DNA of 64,000 nucleotides. It comes from an uncultured Thermoanaerobaculia bacterium. GTDB taxonomy: Bacteria; Acidobacteriota; Thermoanaerobaculia; Thermoanaerobaculales; Thermoanaerobaculaceae. Shown one piece after another: positions 55,974 to 64,000 of this stretch. The first letter of the stretch is position 1. Every line of letters begins with the position of its first letter. The stretch lies in assembly GCA_964488355.1 (NCBI GenBank), contig CAZAUJ010000001.1, positions 152,454 to 216,453 on the forward strand, given 5' to 3'. The notes beneath the pieces are model-generated. The model was not told the origin of the DNA. It ran no database searches and saw nothing but the letters and a program-made list of their open reading frames with translations. Position numbers and translations under genes: made by a program.

Positions 55974-56855
55974 CTACCCCTCCCGGTCGCCCCAGTGAAG
56001 CTTGTTGTGCAGAATGGCAAAAAAGCTCAAGCCCGGAGGCCGCACCACCGTTAAGGGTTCCCCCTCGGGCAAGACGCGCACCACGTGCTGATGGTTCAAG
56101 GGATGGCCGTACTGCCCGTCCAGGGTGAGGAAGGCATCCTCGTCGCCTGGGTGAACCCGCACGGTGACGGCGGATGCCAGCGGCACCACCAGGGGTCGGT
56201 TGGAAAGGGTGTGCGGACAGATGGGGGTGATGATTAAGGCGGGCAAGGCCGGGTAAACGATGGGGCCGCCAGCAGAAAGGTTATACGCAGTGGAGCCGGT
56301 GGGCGTGGCCAGGATGAGGCCATCGGCCCGATAGTGCGAGAGGAGCTCACCGTCGATTTCCACGCGAATGGTCAAGATCCTAGCCAATGCCCCCTTGGAA
56401 ATGACCACGTCGTTGAGCACCAAGAACTCCTCCCGGCCTGCCTCGTGATCCAGCTGGCAGCGGAGCCGGGCGCGTTGCTCGCATTGAAACTGACCTGAAA
56501 GAAGCGCCTCCACCAGCGTCCCAAGCTGATCCACCGAGTGCTCGGTGAGGAAACCCAACGTGCCCATGTTCACGCCAGCCACCGGCGTGGAGGCGGGACA
56601 ACCACGGGTCACCGAGAGAAACGTGCCGTCCCCGCCCAAAACCAGCACCGCGTCCACCTCCCGACCCAGCTCGGCACGCGGTGGACCGGCCGGCACGTTC
56701 AAGGCCACGGCGCTTTGCTGGTCTACCACCACGTCCACCGCCCGTGCCAGAAGGCGCGTGCGGACCTCAAGTCCCAATGCCAGAGCTTCTGGGCTGGAGG
56801 TTTTGACCACCAGCCCCAGTTTTCTCACCGGCCTGGGAAGGTGCGGCGCAGTCAC
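55974..56855 (-). CDS. nadK: NAD(+) kinase
   Basis: GGDGTFL, NDVVISKG and TPTGSTAYNLSAGGPIV motifs. GTG start. Confidence 0.93.
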   Translation of the reverse strand: MTAPHLPRPVRKLGLVVKTSSPEALALGLEVRTRLLARAVDVVVDQQSAVALNVPAGPPRAELGREVDAVLVLGGDGTFLSVTRGCPASTPVAGVNMGTLGFLTEHSVDQLGTLVEALLSGQFQCEQRARLRCQLDHEAGREEFLVLNDVVISKGALARILTIRVEIDGELLSHYRADGLILATPTGSTAYNLSAGGPIVYPALPALIITPICPHTLSNRPLVVPLASAVTVRVHPGDEDAFLTLDGQYGHPLNHQHVVRVLPEGEPLTVVRPPGLSFFAILHNKLHWGDREG

Positions 56856-56927
56856 CAGACAATTCTAACTGGGGCACGCCCCCTAAGTTTCGCGCCCCTT
56901 ACCTTTAGAGCTGGGCTGCGCGTGGTC

Positions 56928-57146
56928 TTAAACGCCCAACTGCTGAAGAATTTCCTCCGTTTCCGGAAACCGGCCCTCATGATGCTTGGAAAAGACCCGC
57001 CGACCATCCACCTCCACGTCGAACACCCCCCCAGAACCCTTGACCAGCTCCACCTCCGCACCCAAGCGCTCCTGTAGCTCAGCTGCCAACCTGGCAGCTC
57101 GTGGGTAGTAGTTTCAAACCACACAGTAGGTAATTCGCACCTTCAT
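56928..57146 (-). CDS. selW: SelW-like Rdx-family selenoprotein; in-frame TGA (57116-57114) read as selenocysteine in a CxxU motif
   Basis: My translation is MKVRITYCVV-U-NYYPRAARLAAELQERLGAEVELVKGSGGVFDVEVDGRRVFSKHHEGRFPETEEILQQLGV*. It matches the Rdx pattern (I.YC..U/C....RA..L..EL ... GSGGVFEV.VDG..I.S....GRFPE..E). GAGGGAGAAG Shine-Dalgarno lies upstream of the ATG. A SECIS-like hairpin lies 14 nt after the TGA. It is not in the ORF track because the TGA splits it. Confidence 0.85.
57081..57099 (-). promoter_or_regulatory. Candidate bacterial SECIS hairpin inside the selW-like CDS
   Basis: The minus-strand RNA AGCUGCCA-GGU-UGGCAGCU forms a perfect 8-bp stem. Alternatively it forms a 7-bp stem with apical loop AGGUU. 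It starts 14 nt 3' of the UGA. Confidence 0.7.
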
Positions 57147-57164
57147 AGTCTTCTCCCTCGGCCG

Positions 57165-58370
57165 CTAGTGTAGCTTGCTGCGGTAGAGAAACGCGAACCA
57201 AGCCGCGCCGGCCAAGCAGACGGCCCCGCCGAAAAAGAGGGCTGTCGTCGTGCCCAGCTTCTGCGCCAGAAAGCCTGCCCAAAGGCCACCTAGGGGAGTC
57301 CCCCCGGAAAAAACCCAAATGTAGAGGGAAATAAGGCGGGCCCGCAGCTCCGCCGGCGAGCGCGTCTGCACGGTTCCGTTGGTGGTGGCCAGCTGAGACG
57401 CTACCGCCCATCCGGCAACCACCAGGCTAAGGCACGCGGCCCAAAGGAAGCGCGTCCAGGCTAAGCTCATAAGGCTGAGGCCGAGAAGGCAAAGGGCAAG
57501 GAAGACCCGCCGTCCACTGCCCCGCTCGTCTCGCCTCGCCGCCACCCACAGCGAGCCCACCATGGCCCCCAAGCCCGAGGCAGCCAGCAACAACCCGTAA
57601 CCACGCGCATCAGCGCCCAGGCGGGTTTTGGCCAAGGCGGGCAAAAGGGTACTGTAGGCCAGGCCAAAGGTGGCCGTGAGAAACACCGCTACCAGCAGGC
57701 GGCGAATTCGGCGGTCATTCCAAGCAAAGCGCACACCTTCTATCAACTGGGGCCACAGGGCGAATGGCGCCCGGGGAACGCTCGTTTGGCCCCTGACGGA
57801 AAGCACGGCGAAAAGAAAGGGAAAGAAACTGAGCGCGTTGATGAGAAAACACCACCCCTCGCCGTAGCGCGCCACCAGAACCCCGGCAATGGCCGGCCCT
57901 ACCAAACGGCCGCCATTGAACACCGCCGAATTAAGGGAAATGGCGCTTTGCAGGTCGGCGACCGGCACCAGCTCCACCTGAAAGCTCTGCCGGGCGGGCA
58001 TGTCTAGCGTGTCCACGAAACCCTGCACCAGCGCCAAAAGCAGCACATGCGCCAACAGCACGTTCCCCGAAAGGGTGAGCCAGGCCAGCAGAGTAGCCTG
58101 GAGAATGCTTACCGATTGGGTCAAGGCCAAGAGCCGGCGGCGGGAAACGTAGTCGGTCAGCACGCCGGCAAAAGGCAAGGCCACCAGCGTAGGCCCAAAA
58201 CGCAGGGCCGTGAGCAGGCCCAGGGCTTGCGCGGAGTTGGTGAGTCGGTAAACCAGCCAACCCTGCGCCACCGTTTGCATCCAGCTGCCCAACACCGAGA
58301 CAGCCCAGCCGGCCCAGTAACGGCGGAAGGCCGGGTAACGCAGGGCGCGAAACGCATGGGGCAAGGCCAT
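57165..58370 (-). CDS. MFS transporter (EntS/MFS_3-like)
   Basis: 401 aa with 12 predicted TM helices. N-terminus FRALRYPAFRRYWAGWAVSVLGSWMQTVAQGWLVY is typical of this MFS subfamily. Confidence 0.88.
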   Translation of the reverse strand: MALPHAFRALRYPAFRRYWAGWAVSVLGSWMQTVAQGWLVYRLTNSAQALGLLTALRFGPTLVALPFAGVLTDYVSRRRLLALTQSVSILQATLLAWLTLSGNVLLAHVLLLALVQGFVDTLDMPARQSFQVELVPVADLQSAISLNSAVFNGGRLVGPAIAGVLVARYGEGWCFLINALSFFPFLFAVLSVRGQTSVPRAPFALWPQLIEGVRFAWNDRRIRRLLVAVFLTATFGLAYSTLLPALAKTRLGADARGYGLLLAASGLGAMVGSLWVAARRDERGSGRRVFLALCLLGLSLMSLAWTRFLWAACLSLVVAGWAVASQLATTNGTVQTRSPAELRARLISLYIWVFSGGTPLGGLWAGFLAQKLGTTTALFFGGAVCLAGAAWFAFLYRSKLH

Positions 58371-58391
58371 GACCGCTGACGGGGAGCCTGC

Positions 58392-59597
58392 TCACGTGTC
58401 GCTGGGCGGCAACTTGGGCGCCTCCAACCCAGGTAGTTCGCCTGCTGCCGCCCGCTGCAGGCGGTCACCAAAGCGGTTGGCCAACTTGTCCGCCTCTTGA
58501 AACTTGTTCATCGCGTGAACCAAATGCTGCCCCAAAAGCCGCAGTACCTCCGCCAGCTGATCAAAATCGCCCTGCAGCCGAGATAGCTCCCGGAGTATCT
58601 CCTGCGCTTGCGCCTCCACCTGCATGCCCTTGAGGCCCAAGGCCACGGTCATGAGATAGGCGTAAAAGGAGTTGGGCGAGACGGGAACCACCTTGCGGGA
58701 GGTGGCATAGGCCAAAAGGGACTCTTCCCCCTCTCCCTCACCCCGGGTGAGGATCTCGTAGTACACCGCCTCCGAAGGCACGAACATCAGGGCAAAGTCG
58801 AAGGTCTTCTCGTCTTGCCGGATGTACTTGTCGGCAATTTCATCAACCCGAGCCCGCACCGTGCGGGCAAACTCCCGGCGTGCCTGGCGCTGGCCCTGCT
58901 CGTCCTCGGCTTTGAACAGGCGCTGGAAAGCCTCCAAGGGGAACTTGGCGTCCACCGGCACCAGGTGCCCGCTCAGGCGGATCACCGCGTCCACCACTTG
59001 GCCATTGCGAAAGCGGTACTGAGCCTGCCAAAACTTTTTCGGCAGGACCTGAGCCAAAAAGGCTTCCAACTGGGTTTCCCCCAGCTGCCCACGCAGCTTG
59101 GGAGCTCTGAGGATGTCCTGCAGCTCCTGGATTTCCCTTCCCAGCTGCCCCATGCGCTCTGCCATTTCCGCCACTTGGCCCAGCTGGCTCTTCAGCTCGC
59201 CGAAAACCCGCGTGGCCCCTTCGAACCGCTCCCCCAGCTGAGCTTGAGTCTGTGTCAGCTGGGTGTTGACCGCCGTGACGAGCTGCGAAAGCTGCAGGGA
59301 CAGCGTTTGTCGAGCCGCCTCCAGCTCCTGCTGCTGGCCCGCCTGCACCCTTTGCCCGAACTCGGTTAGCGCCTGGTGAAACCGGCCCACGGTCTCGCTC
59401 ACCTGTCCCAAGGCCTGCGTCAGGGCACTTTGCTGCGCCGTGGCTACCTGAATGCTCATCTGCGCCAGCTGCGCCTCCAGTCGACGACCTTGCCGGCTGA
59501 GCTGCCAGGCCACCAAAACCAACACCACCAAAGCCCCTGCTAAAACCAGCATCACCACCGCTTGCGCGCTCACGACTCGCCTCCCTGCGCGTCCCAT
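58392..59597 (-). CDS. rmuC: DNA recombination protein RmuC
   Basis: N-terminal TM segment, a long Q/L-rich coiled coil, and the C-terminal RmuC nuclease-like block KTFDFALMFVPSEAVYYE...VSPNSFYAYL. The start is uncertain (59597, 59552 or a nearby GTG). The track start 59741 would overlap plsC by 172 nt. Confidence 0.85.
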   Translation of the reverse strand: MGRAGRRVVSAQAVVMLVLAGALVVLVLVAWQLSRQGRRLEAQLAQMSIQVATAQQSALTQALGQVSETVGRFHQALTEFGQRVQAGQQQELEAARQTLSLQLSQLVTAVNTQLTQTQAQLGERFEGATRVFGELKSQLGQVAEMAERMGQLGREIQELQDILRAPKLRGQLGETQLEAFLAQVLPKKFWQAQYRFRNGQVVDAVIRLSGHLVPVDAKFPLEAFQRLFKAEDEQGQRQARREFARTVRARVDEIADKYIRQDEKTFDFALMFVPSEAVYYEILTRGEGEGEESLLAYATSRKVVPVSPNSFYAYLMTVALGLKGMQVEAQAQEILRELSRLQGDFDQLAEVLRLLGQHLVHAMNKFQEADKLANRFGDRLQRAAAGELPGLEAPKLPPSDT

Positions 59598-60388
59598 CCC
59601 GCCAGGCGCGGCCTCGCACCGGGCGGAAAGCCCGCCAGCTTTGCCACCTCTGCCTCCGCCTGCTGTGCCAGCGTGCGGCGATCGCCATGGGGTGGGAAAA
59701 GAGCTTCTCCCAGCCGCACTTCTGCCTCCACCTGCCGGCAACTCCCCAGGCTAACAAGATGCCGCAAGAAAGGCTCGCCGCGGTACCACCCCACTCGGTG
59801 CCGGTTACTTTCGTTCAACGGCTGGCCGTCGAGGGAAAGGTAGGCAATGGCCGCAGGCACCACCGGCACGCCGGCGTCCACCGCCGCTTGAAAAACCCCG
59901 GTACGAAAAGGTAGAAGGCCGCTGCCATCGCTGGAGGTGCCTTCGGGGAAGGCAATGACCGTGGCCCCAGCTCGCAGAGCTTCCCGCACCTGCGCCACTC
60001 CCCGCACGCCGGCGCGCTTGTTTTGCCGGTTGAGAAAGATCGTGGCCCCCGAGGCCGCCAGCTGACCAAAGAGGGGCCAGCCTCGCATGTCGTGGCGCGC
60101 AACAAAGATGCAGGGAAAAAGCGAACCTATGGTGACGATGTCCACGTAGCCCTGGTGGTTGGCCACCACCAACGAGCCAGGGGGAGGCAAGGGGCCTATT
60201 CGGCGAACCCGCACGCCCAGGCAAAAAGCGCCCAGGCGCGCCCAACGGGCAATGAAGGGTGCGGTTTTGCGCCATCGCCGGGGAAAGGGGGTGAGCACCG
60301 CATGCAGCCCGGAGGCCACCACCAGCCAGGAACCCACGGCAAAGAGCTGCAGCCGCAACAAAGCCCTTACGAGGCTCTGGTCACCCAT
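59570..60388 (-). CDS. plsC: 1-acyl-sn-glycerol-3-phosphate (lysophospholipid) acyltransferase
   Basis: The HX4D motif ANHQGYVD and FPEGTSS, with an N-terminal hydrophobic anchor. Confidence 0.88.
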   Translation of the reverse strand: MGDQSLVRALLRLQLFAVGSWLVVASGLHAVLTPFPRRWRKTAPFIARWARLGAFCLGVRVRRIGPLPPPGSLVVANHQGYVDIVTIGSLFPCIFVARHDMRGWPLFGQLAASGATIFLNRQNKRAGVRGVAQVREALRAGATVIAFPEGTSSDGSGLLPFRTGVFQAAVDAGVPVVPAAIAYLSLDGQPLNESNRHRVGWYRGEPFLRHLVSLGSCRQVEAEVRLGEALFPPHGDRRTLAQQAEAEVAKLAGFPPGARPRLAGWDAQGGES

Positions 60389-60424
60389 CGGCCGGTTTTT
60401 AGCACAGGAAGGCAGCGCGGGCTC

Positions 60425-61864
60425 CTATCCCTTGACCACGGCGATGGGCCGAAGTTTGCCCACCGCACGCGCGATGCCCGCCTGTTCCAAGGCCTCCACC
60501 ACCAGGCTTACGTCCTTGTAGGCCTCGGGCATCTCCTCCGCTAGGGTCTTGGGCGAGCGCGCCGCCACGATCACCCCTTGCTCCCCCATCTCCCGCACCA
60601 GGTTGCGGTGGCCAGCACTCCGGCGGGCGGCCGTGCGAGAAAGCATCCGTCCGGCACCGTGGGCTGAGGAGCCAAAGCACTCCTCCATCGCCTTGTCTGT
60701 GCCCACCAGCACGTAGGAAGCTCGACCCATGTCTCCAGGAATCAGCACCGGCTGACCCACGTCCCGGTAAGGGGCTGGCGTTTCCTCGTGCCCCGCGGGG
60801 AAGGCACGCGTGGCTCCCTTGCGGTGGACGATGACCTTTCGTTTGCGCCCATCCACCAGGTGCTCCTCCACCTTGGCGATGTTGTGGGCCACGTCGTAAA
60901 CCAAGCGAAAGCCCAGGCTCCGGCGCTCCCCGCCAAATACCCGCACCAATGCCCTTTCCACCAGCGCCATAATGACCTGGCGGTTGGCCCAAGCAAAGTT
61001 GGCAGCGGCACGCATGGCTCCAAGGTAACGTTCGCCTTCAGGGGAGCTCACCGGCACGGACACCAGCTGCGGGTCGGGCAGGGCAATGCCGTACTTTTTG
61101 GCCGCCACGCGCATAAGGTCCAAGAAGTCGTCACAGACCTGGTAACCCAGCCCGCGCGAGCCGCAATGAATCATGAAGGTGACCAAGCCCTTTTCCAAAC
61201 CGAACACCTTGGCGGCCTGCGGGTCAAAAACCTCCTCCACCACCTGCACCTCGCAGAAGTGGTTGCCCGAACCCAGGGTCCCCACCTGCGGCGCCCCCCG
61301 CTCGCGCGCCCGGGGGGAAACCACCTCTGGTTTAGCCCCCGGCAAAGACCCACCGGCCTCGGTAAAAAGAAGGTCCTCTTCGTGCCCGTAACCCTGGCCC
61401 ACCGCCCACCGTGCCCCCTGCACCATCACCTCGTTCAGCTGGCGGTTGTCCAGCGTGGCAATGGCCCCTTCGCTGCCCACGCCCGCGGGCACGTCGCGCT
61501 GCAGCTGGTGCACCAGCTGTTTGAGCTTGGGGGTCACCTCTTCCAGCGAGAGGGCGGTGCGCACCAGGCGGACACCGCAGTTGATGTCATAACCCACCCC
61601 CCCCGGAGAGATGACACCCTCCTTCAGGTCAAAGGCTGCCACCCCACCGATGGGGAAGCCGTAGCCCTCGTGCACATCGGGCATGACCAAGGAGGCCTTG
61701 ACGATCCCTGGCAAGTGAGCCACGTTGCAGGCCTGTTGCATCGATTGGTCCTTGCTTATGGCCTCCAGCAGTTTTTCCGTCGCAAAGATGCGGGCTGGCA
61801 CCCGCATCCCACCGCGGGGCGCCACCTGCCAAGTTCCCGGGCCCACTCGCTTCAGCTCACCCAC
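60425..61864 (-). CDS. rtcB: RNA-splicing ligase RtcB (3'-phosphate/5'-hydroxy RNA ligase)
   Basis: Motifs PDVHEGYGFPIGGV, GYDINCG, GSGNHFCEVQ, HCGSRGLGYQ and SSAHGAGR. 479 aa. Confidence 0.95.
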   Translation of the reverse strand: MGELKRVGPGTWQVAPRGGMRVPARIFATEKLLEAISKDQSMQQACNVAHLPGIVKASLVMPDVHEGYGFPIGGVAAFDLKEGVISPGGVGYDINCGVRLVRTALSLEEVTPKLKQLVHQLQRDVPAGVGSEGAIATLDNRQLNEVMVQGARWAVGQGYGHEEDLLFTEAGGSLPGAKPEVVSPRARERGAPQVGTLGSGNHFCEVQVVEEVFDPQAAKVFGLEKGLVTFMIHCGSRGLGYQVCDDFLDLMRVAAKKYGIALPDPQLVSVPVSSPEGERYLGAMRAAANFAWANRQVIMALVERALVRVFGGERRSLGFRLVYDVAHNIAKVEEHLVDGRKRKVIVHRKGATRAFPAGHEETPAPYRDVGQPVLIPGDMGRASYVLVGTDKAMEECFGSSAHGAGRMLSRTAARRSAGHRNLVREMGEQGVIVAARSPKTLAEEMPEAYKDVSLVVEALEQAGIARAVGKLRPIAVVKG

Positions 61865-61909
61865 GGTTTCAATATAACGCAGCCAAGGGGTTACTGACCG
61901 AGCCCGCCT

Positions 61910-64000
61910 TTACCACAACCGCAGGCGCTGCCCGGCCCAAAGGAACCAAAGCTCGAAGCTGGGCGGGGTGTGGGTCCCCAACGCGGCCGAAAGTGCGTGG
62001 CAGTACCGCTGGCCCTGCAGGCGGTAGGCCTCCACCCGTGCCGCCAGCTCTTCCCCCGTCACCCGGTCGGTCTTGAAATCCACCACCACCCACTCCTCTC
62101 CGCGCCGCAGCACCAAGTCTATGGAGCCCACAAAGGCGCCCACCGCCACCTCTCCGTCGCCAGCCAAAAGGAACGGCCACTCCCGCGCCACCACCAGCGG
62201 GCCCAACTGGCAAAACTGGGCAAAAAGCGGCGCGCGGACAAAGCGGTGCAAGGTCTCTGCCGCCGCTTCCACCGCTTGCTGGGCCAGCTTCTCATCCGTT
62301 TCAGGTGGCAGGAGACCACGCAGCGAGGCCAGCTGCCTTTCCTTTTCCTCCGCGGGCGGCCGGTCAAAATCCCATTGCTGCAGAACCCGGTGCACCACAC
62401 TGCCCGCCAGCGTGGCCACGCCCGCCGCCCGCTTTCCCTCCCCTTCCTCCTCCCACAGGGCTTTAAGCTCCTCGTGTGCCTCGGCGGATGCCGGCGCCAC
62501 CAAGGGCTTTTCCTGATACCTCCGCGCCCACTCCCGCCGCTGCCCCATCGCCTGGGCCTGGGCCAGTGCCTCCTGCACGGGGAAGGAGGAAAGGCCCACC
62601 CGCTTTTCCCCCTGCTCCCGCTGAGTTCGTTGCAGGAAAACCCAAAGGGCACCACCCGCCTCTACCCGGTCCCTATCTCGAGGCAAACTGGCCCACAAGC
62701 TGGGCAACTCTGGCCGCTCCAAGCGCTTGTGCAGGAGCTCGGCCAGGCTCCCGGCCCTCCCTTGGGCTCCCCATGCGCTGCAAATCACCAAACGGTCGCG
62801 GGCACGGGTGGCGGCCACGTACAGCAGCCGCACCAGCTCGGCTTGGGCTACCTTCGACTCCGCCTCCTCTAGGTCCGGAAAGTTGGGGCTTACAAGCCCT
62901 CCCACGCGGAAGGCCAGCACCCGGGCTTGACCTTGCCTCACCCAACCCACGCGCAACGCGCCTTTACTCTCGCGCCCGCGTCGGTGGGTGTCAGCAAGGA
63001 ACACATGGTCGAAATCCAGGCCCTTCGCCTGGTGGATGCTGGTGAAAAGCACCGCCTCCTCCGCCTCCGGCTGCACCGGCGGGGCACTTTCGAGCGTTTG
63101 CTCCGTCGCCCAATGGAGCAGCTGCCAGAGGGCTTGCCCGTGCCTGGCTTCCACCGGATGCGCTTCCAGCAGGCGGAAAAAGCGGGCGAGGTTTTCCAAC
63201 CTTACGCGCCCGGGAAAGCGCGCCGCCTCGCTGGCTTCCAGCAACAACCAGCGGCGGAGGTTGGCGAGAAAAACATCCCAGGGGTCCTGCCGCAGGCTCT
63301 CCCTCCCCTTGGCCAGCACCGCCAACCCCCACGCGGCCGATTCCTCCCAGCCGGCAATCCGATCTTTTCCAGGAAGGTCAGCTGGCAACTCCGCCGCCAC
63401 CTCCCGCAGGAGCCGGGCCAGGGCCTCAAGCTTCTCGGGGTCGGCGCGTTCCAAGCGTTGCACCTCGTCAAAGAAGCCACGCTTCTTCAAGGGAAGCCAT
63501 GCCGCATCCGGGACCCCCGCCCAAGGGGAGCGCAAAAAGCCCACCAACGCCAGCTGGTCGGCAGGTTCGGCCACCGCCCGCAGGAGGCAAACGGCGTCCA
63601 GCACTTCCCGCCGCTGAAAAAAGCTGCGGTCCCGAGGGGTGACCACTGGAATGCCGCGCCGACGGAAAGCCTCCAGATAGACCGCCACGTCCGAAAGGGC
63701 GCGGAACAGCACCGCCATCCTGCTGTAGGGAACCTGGTGGGCGCAGTGCAGCTCTTCTACGTGCGCCGCCAGCGCATCCGCCTCCCGTTGGCGCACCTCG
63801 CCGGCCCGCAGCCTCGGCCGCCCGTCTTCGCCCTCCTCCAGCCCACTCACCCAGTGCTCCACGGGCGCGTGCGGCCCGACACGGAACCCTCCCTCCTGGC
63901 GGTGGGGCACCAGCTCCTGGTACTCCGGCTGCACCCCGGGCTCGGCAACCATCACCGGTTGCAGCAGCCGGCGGACCTCCGCCAAAATGGGCGGTACCGA
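61910..64000 (-). CDS. UvrD/AddA-type helicase-nuclease with C-terminal PD-(D/E)XK nuclease; partial, N-terminus outside the window
   Basis: The frame stays open through position 64000 (..SVPPILAEVRRLLQ). Helicase motifs are FTSIHQAKGLDFDHVFL (V) and LLYVAATRARDRLVI (VI). C-terminal nuclease motif GSIDLVLRRGEEWVVVDFKTD. Confidence 0.85.
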   Translation of the reverse strand, partial: SVPPILAEVRRLLQPVMVAEPGVQPEYQELVPHRQEGGFRVGPHAPVEHWVSGLEEGEDGRPRLRAGEVRQREADALAAHVEELHCAHQVPYSRMAVLFRALSDVAVYLEAFRRRGIPVVTPRDRSFFQRREVLDAVCLLRAVAEPADQLALVGFLRSPWAGVPDAAWLPLKKRGFFDEVQRLERADPEKLEALARLLREVAAELPADLPGKDRIAGWEESAAWGLAVLAKGRESLRQDPWDVFLANLRRWLLLEASEAARFPGRVRLENLARFFRLLEAHPVEARHGQALWQLLHWATEQTLESAPPVQPEAEEAVLFTSIHQAKGLDFDHVFLADTHRRGRESKGALRVGWVRQGQARVLAFRVGGLVSPNFPDLEEAESKVAQAELVRLLYVAATRARDRLVICSAWGAQGRAGSLAELLHKRLERPELPSLWASLPRDRDRVEAGGALWVFLQRTQREQGEKRVGLSSFPVQEALAQAQAMGQRREWARRYQEKPLVAPASAEAHEELKALWEEEGEGKRAAGVATLAGSVVHRVLQQWDFDRPPAEEKERQLASLRGLLPPETDEKLAQQAVEAAAETLHRFVRAPLFAQFCQLGPLVVAREWPFLLAGDGEVAVGAFVGSIDLVLRRGEEWVVVDFKTDRVTGEELAARVEAYRLQGQRYCHALSAALGTHTPPSFELWFLWAGQRLRLW

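Noticed and set aside
56538-57124. Track ORFs 56852..57124 (-) at 90 aa, 56538..57077 (+) at 179 aa, and 57079..57411 (-) covering the nadK-MFS gap.
   Set aside because: Their sequences are Trp/Arg-rich and have no motifs. The same DNA is explained far better by the SelW-like CDS read through the in-frame TGA.
1-64000. tRNA, rRNA, tmRNA, CRISPR arrays, transposases, integrases, prophage genes and known defence systems.
   Set aside because: No intergenic gap is long enough or shows T-loop-like GGTTCGAATCC motifs. No direct-repeat/spacer periodicity was seen. None of the ORF translations shows DDE or tyrosine/serine recombinase or typical defence-gene motifs.

Overview
This is a visibly GC-rich, very gene-dense chromosomal segment from a diderm bacterium; GC content was not computed. 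The diderm call rests on an Omp85/TamB pair, a TolC-type outer-membrane factor and an RND pump. A GWxTD-domain protein and the general gene content hint at an Acidobacteriota-like lineage, but that is inference only.

I support about 57 protein-coding genes, many joined by 4-nt ATGA/GTGA stop-start overlaps.

Main blocks:
- 1-2.8 kb: glycosyltransferase and a class A PBP.
- 3.0-8.4 kb: a minus-strand operon of a secreted protein, a PP2C phosphatase, a J-domain/TPR protein, a RodZ-like protein and two paralogous helical-repeat proteins.
- 8.5-11.4 kb: a solute-binding-like lipoprotein coupled to a HAMP/HD-GYP phosphodiesterase.
- 11.4-16.5 kb: sugar and lipid housekeeping genes and a THUMP methyltransferase.
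- 16.6-25.6 kb: an eight-gene heme operon, hemA-C-D-B-L-E-N-Y.
- 25.6-34 kb: a Fur-family regulator, a CSC-motif permease, Cys-rich small proteins, rarA, maf and others.
- 36-45.2 kb: a copper/silver resistance cluster with an OMF, CusB, CusA, CopA and a secreted tandem-YHS protein.
- 46.8-64 kb: a long minus-strand array of ribBA, GWxTD, Omp85, tamB, nadK, an MFS transporter, rmuC, plsC, rtcB and an AddA/UvrD-like helicase-nuclease that is cut by the window end.

I recognised no rRNA, tRNA, CRISPR array, transposase or integrase.

The most interesting item is invisible to stop-to-stop ORF calling. It is a 72-codon SelW/Rdx-family selenoprotein gene (56928-57146, minus strand) with a CxxU redox motif encoded by an in-frame TGA. 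A perfect 8-bp hairpin with a GGU-containing loop follows 14 nt downstream and is a bacterial SECIS candidate.

Other points worth a second look:
- The permease is split from an upstream ORF by a single in-frame amber codon.
- The copper cluster uses atypical metal-binding modules and has no classical HMA domain.
- A Cys-rich secreted micro-ORF lies upstream of the efflux pump.
- Two paralogous repeat proteins flank the RodZ-like gene.

I found no clear phage-defence or other obviously novel multi-gene system.
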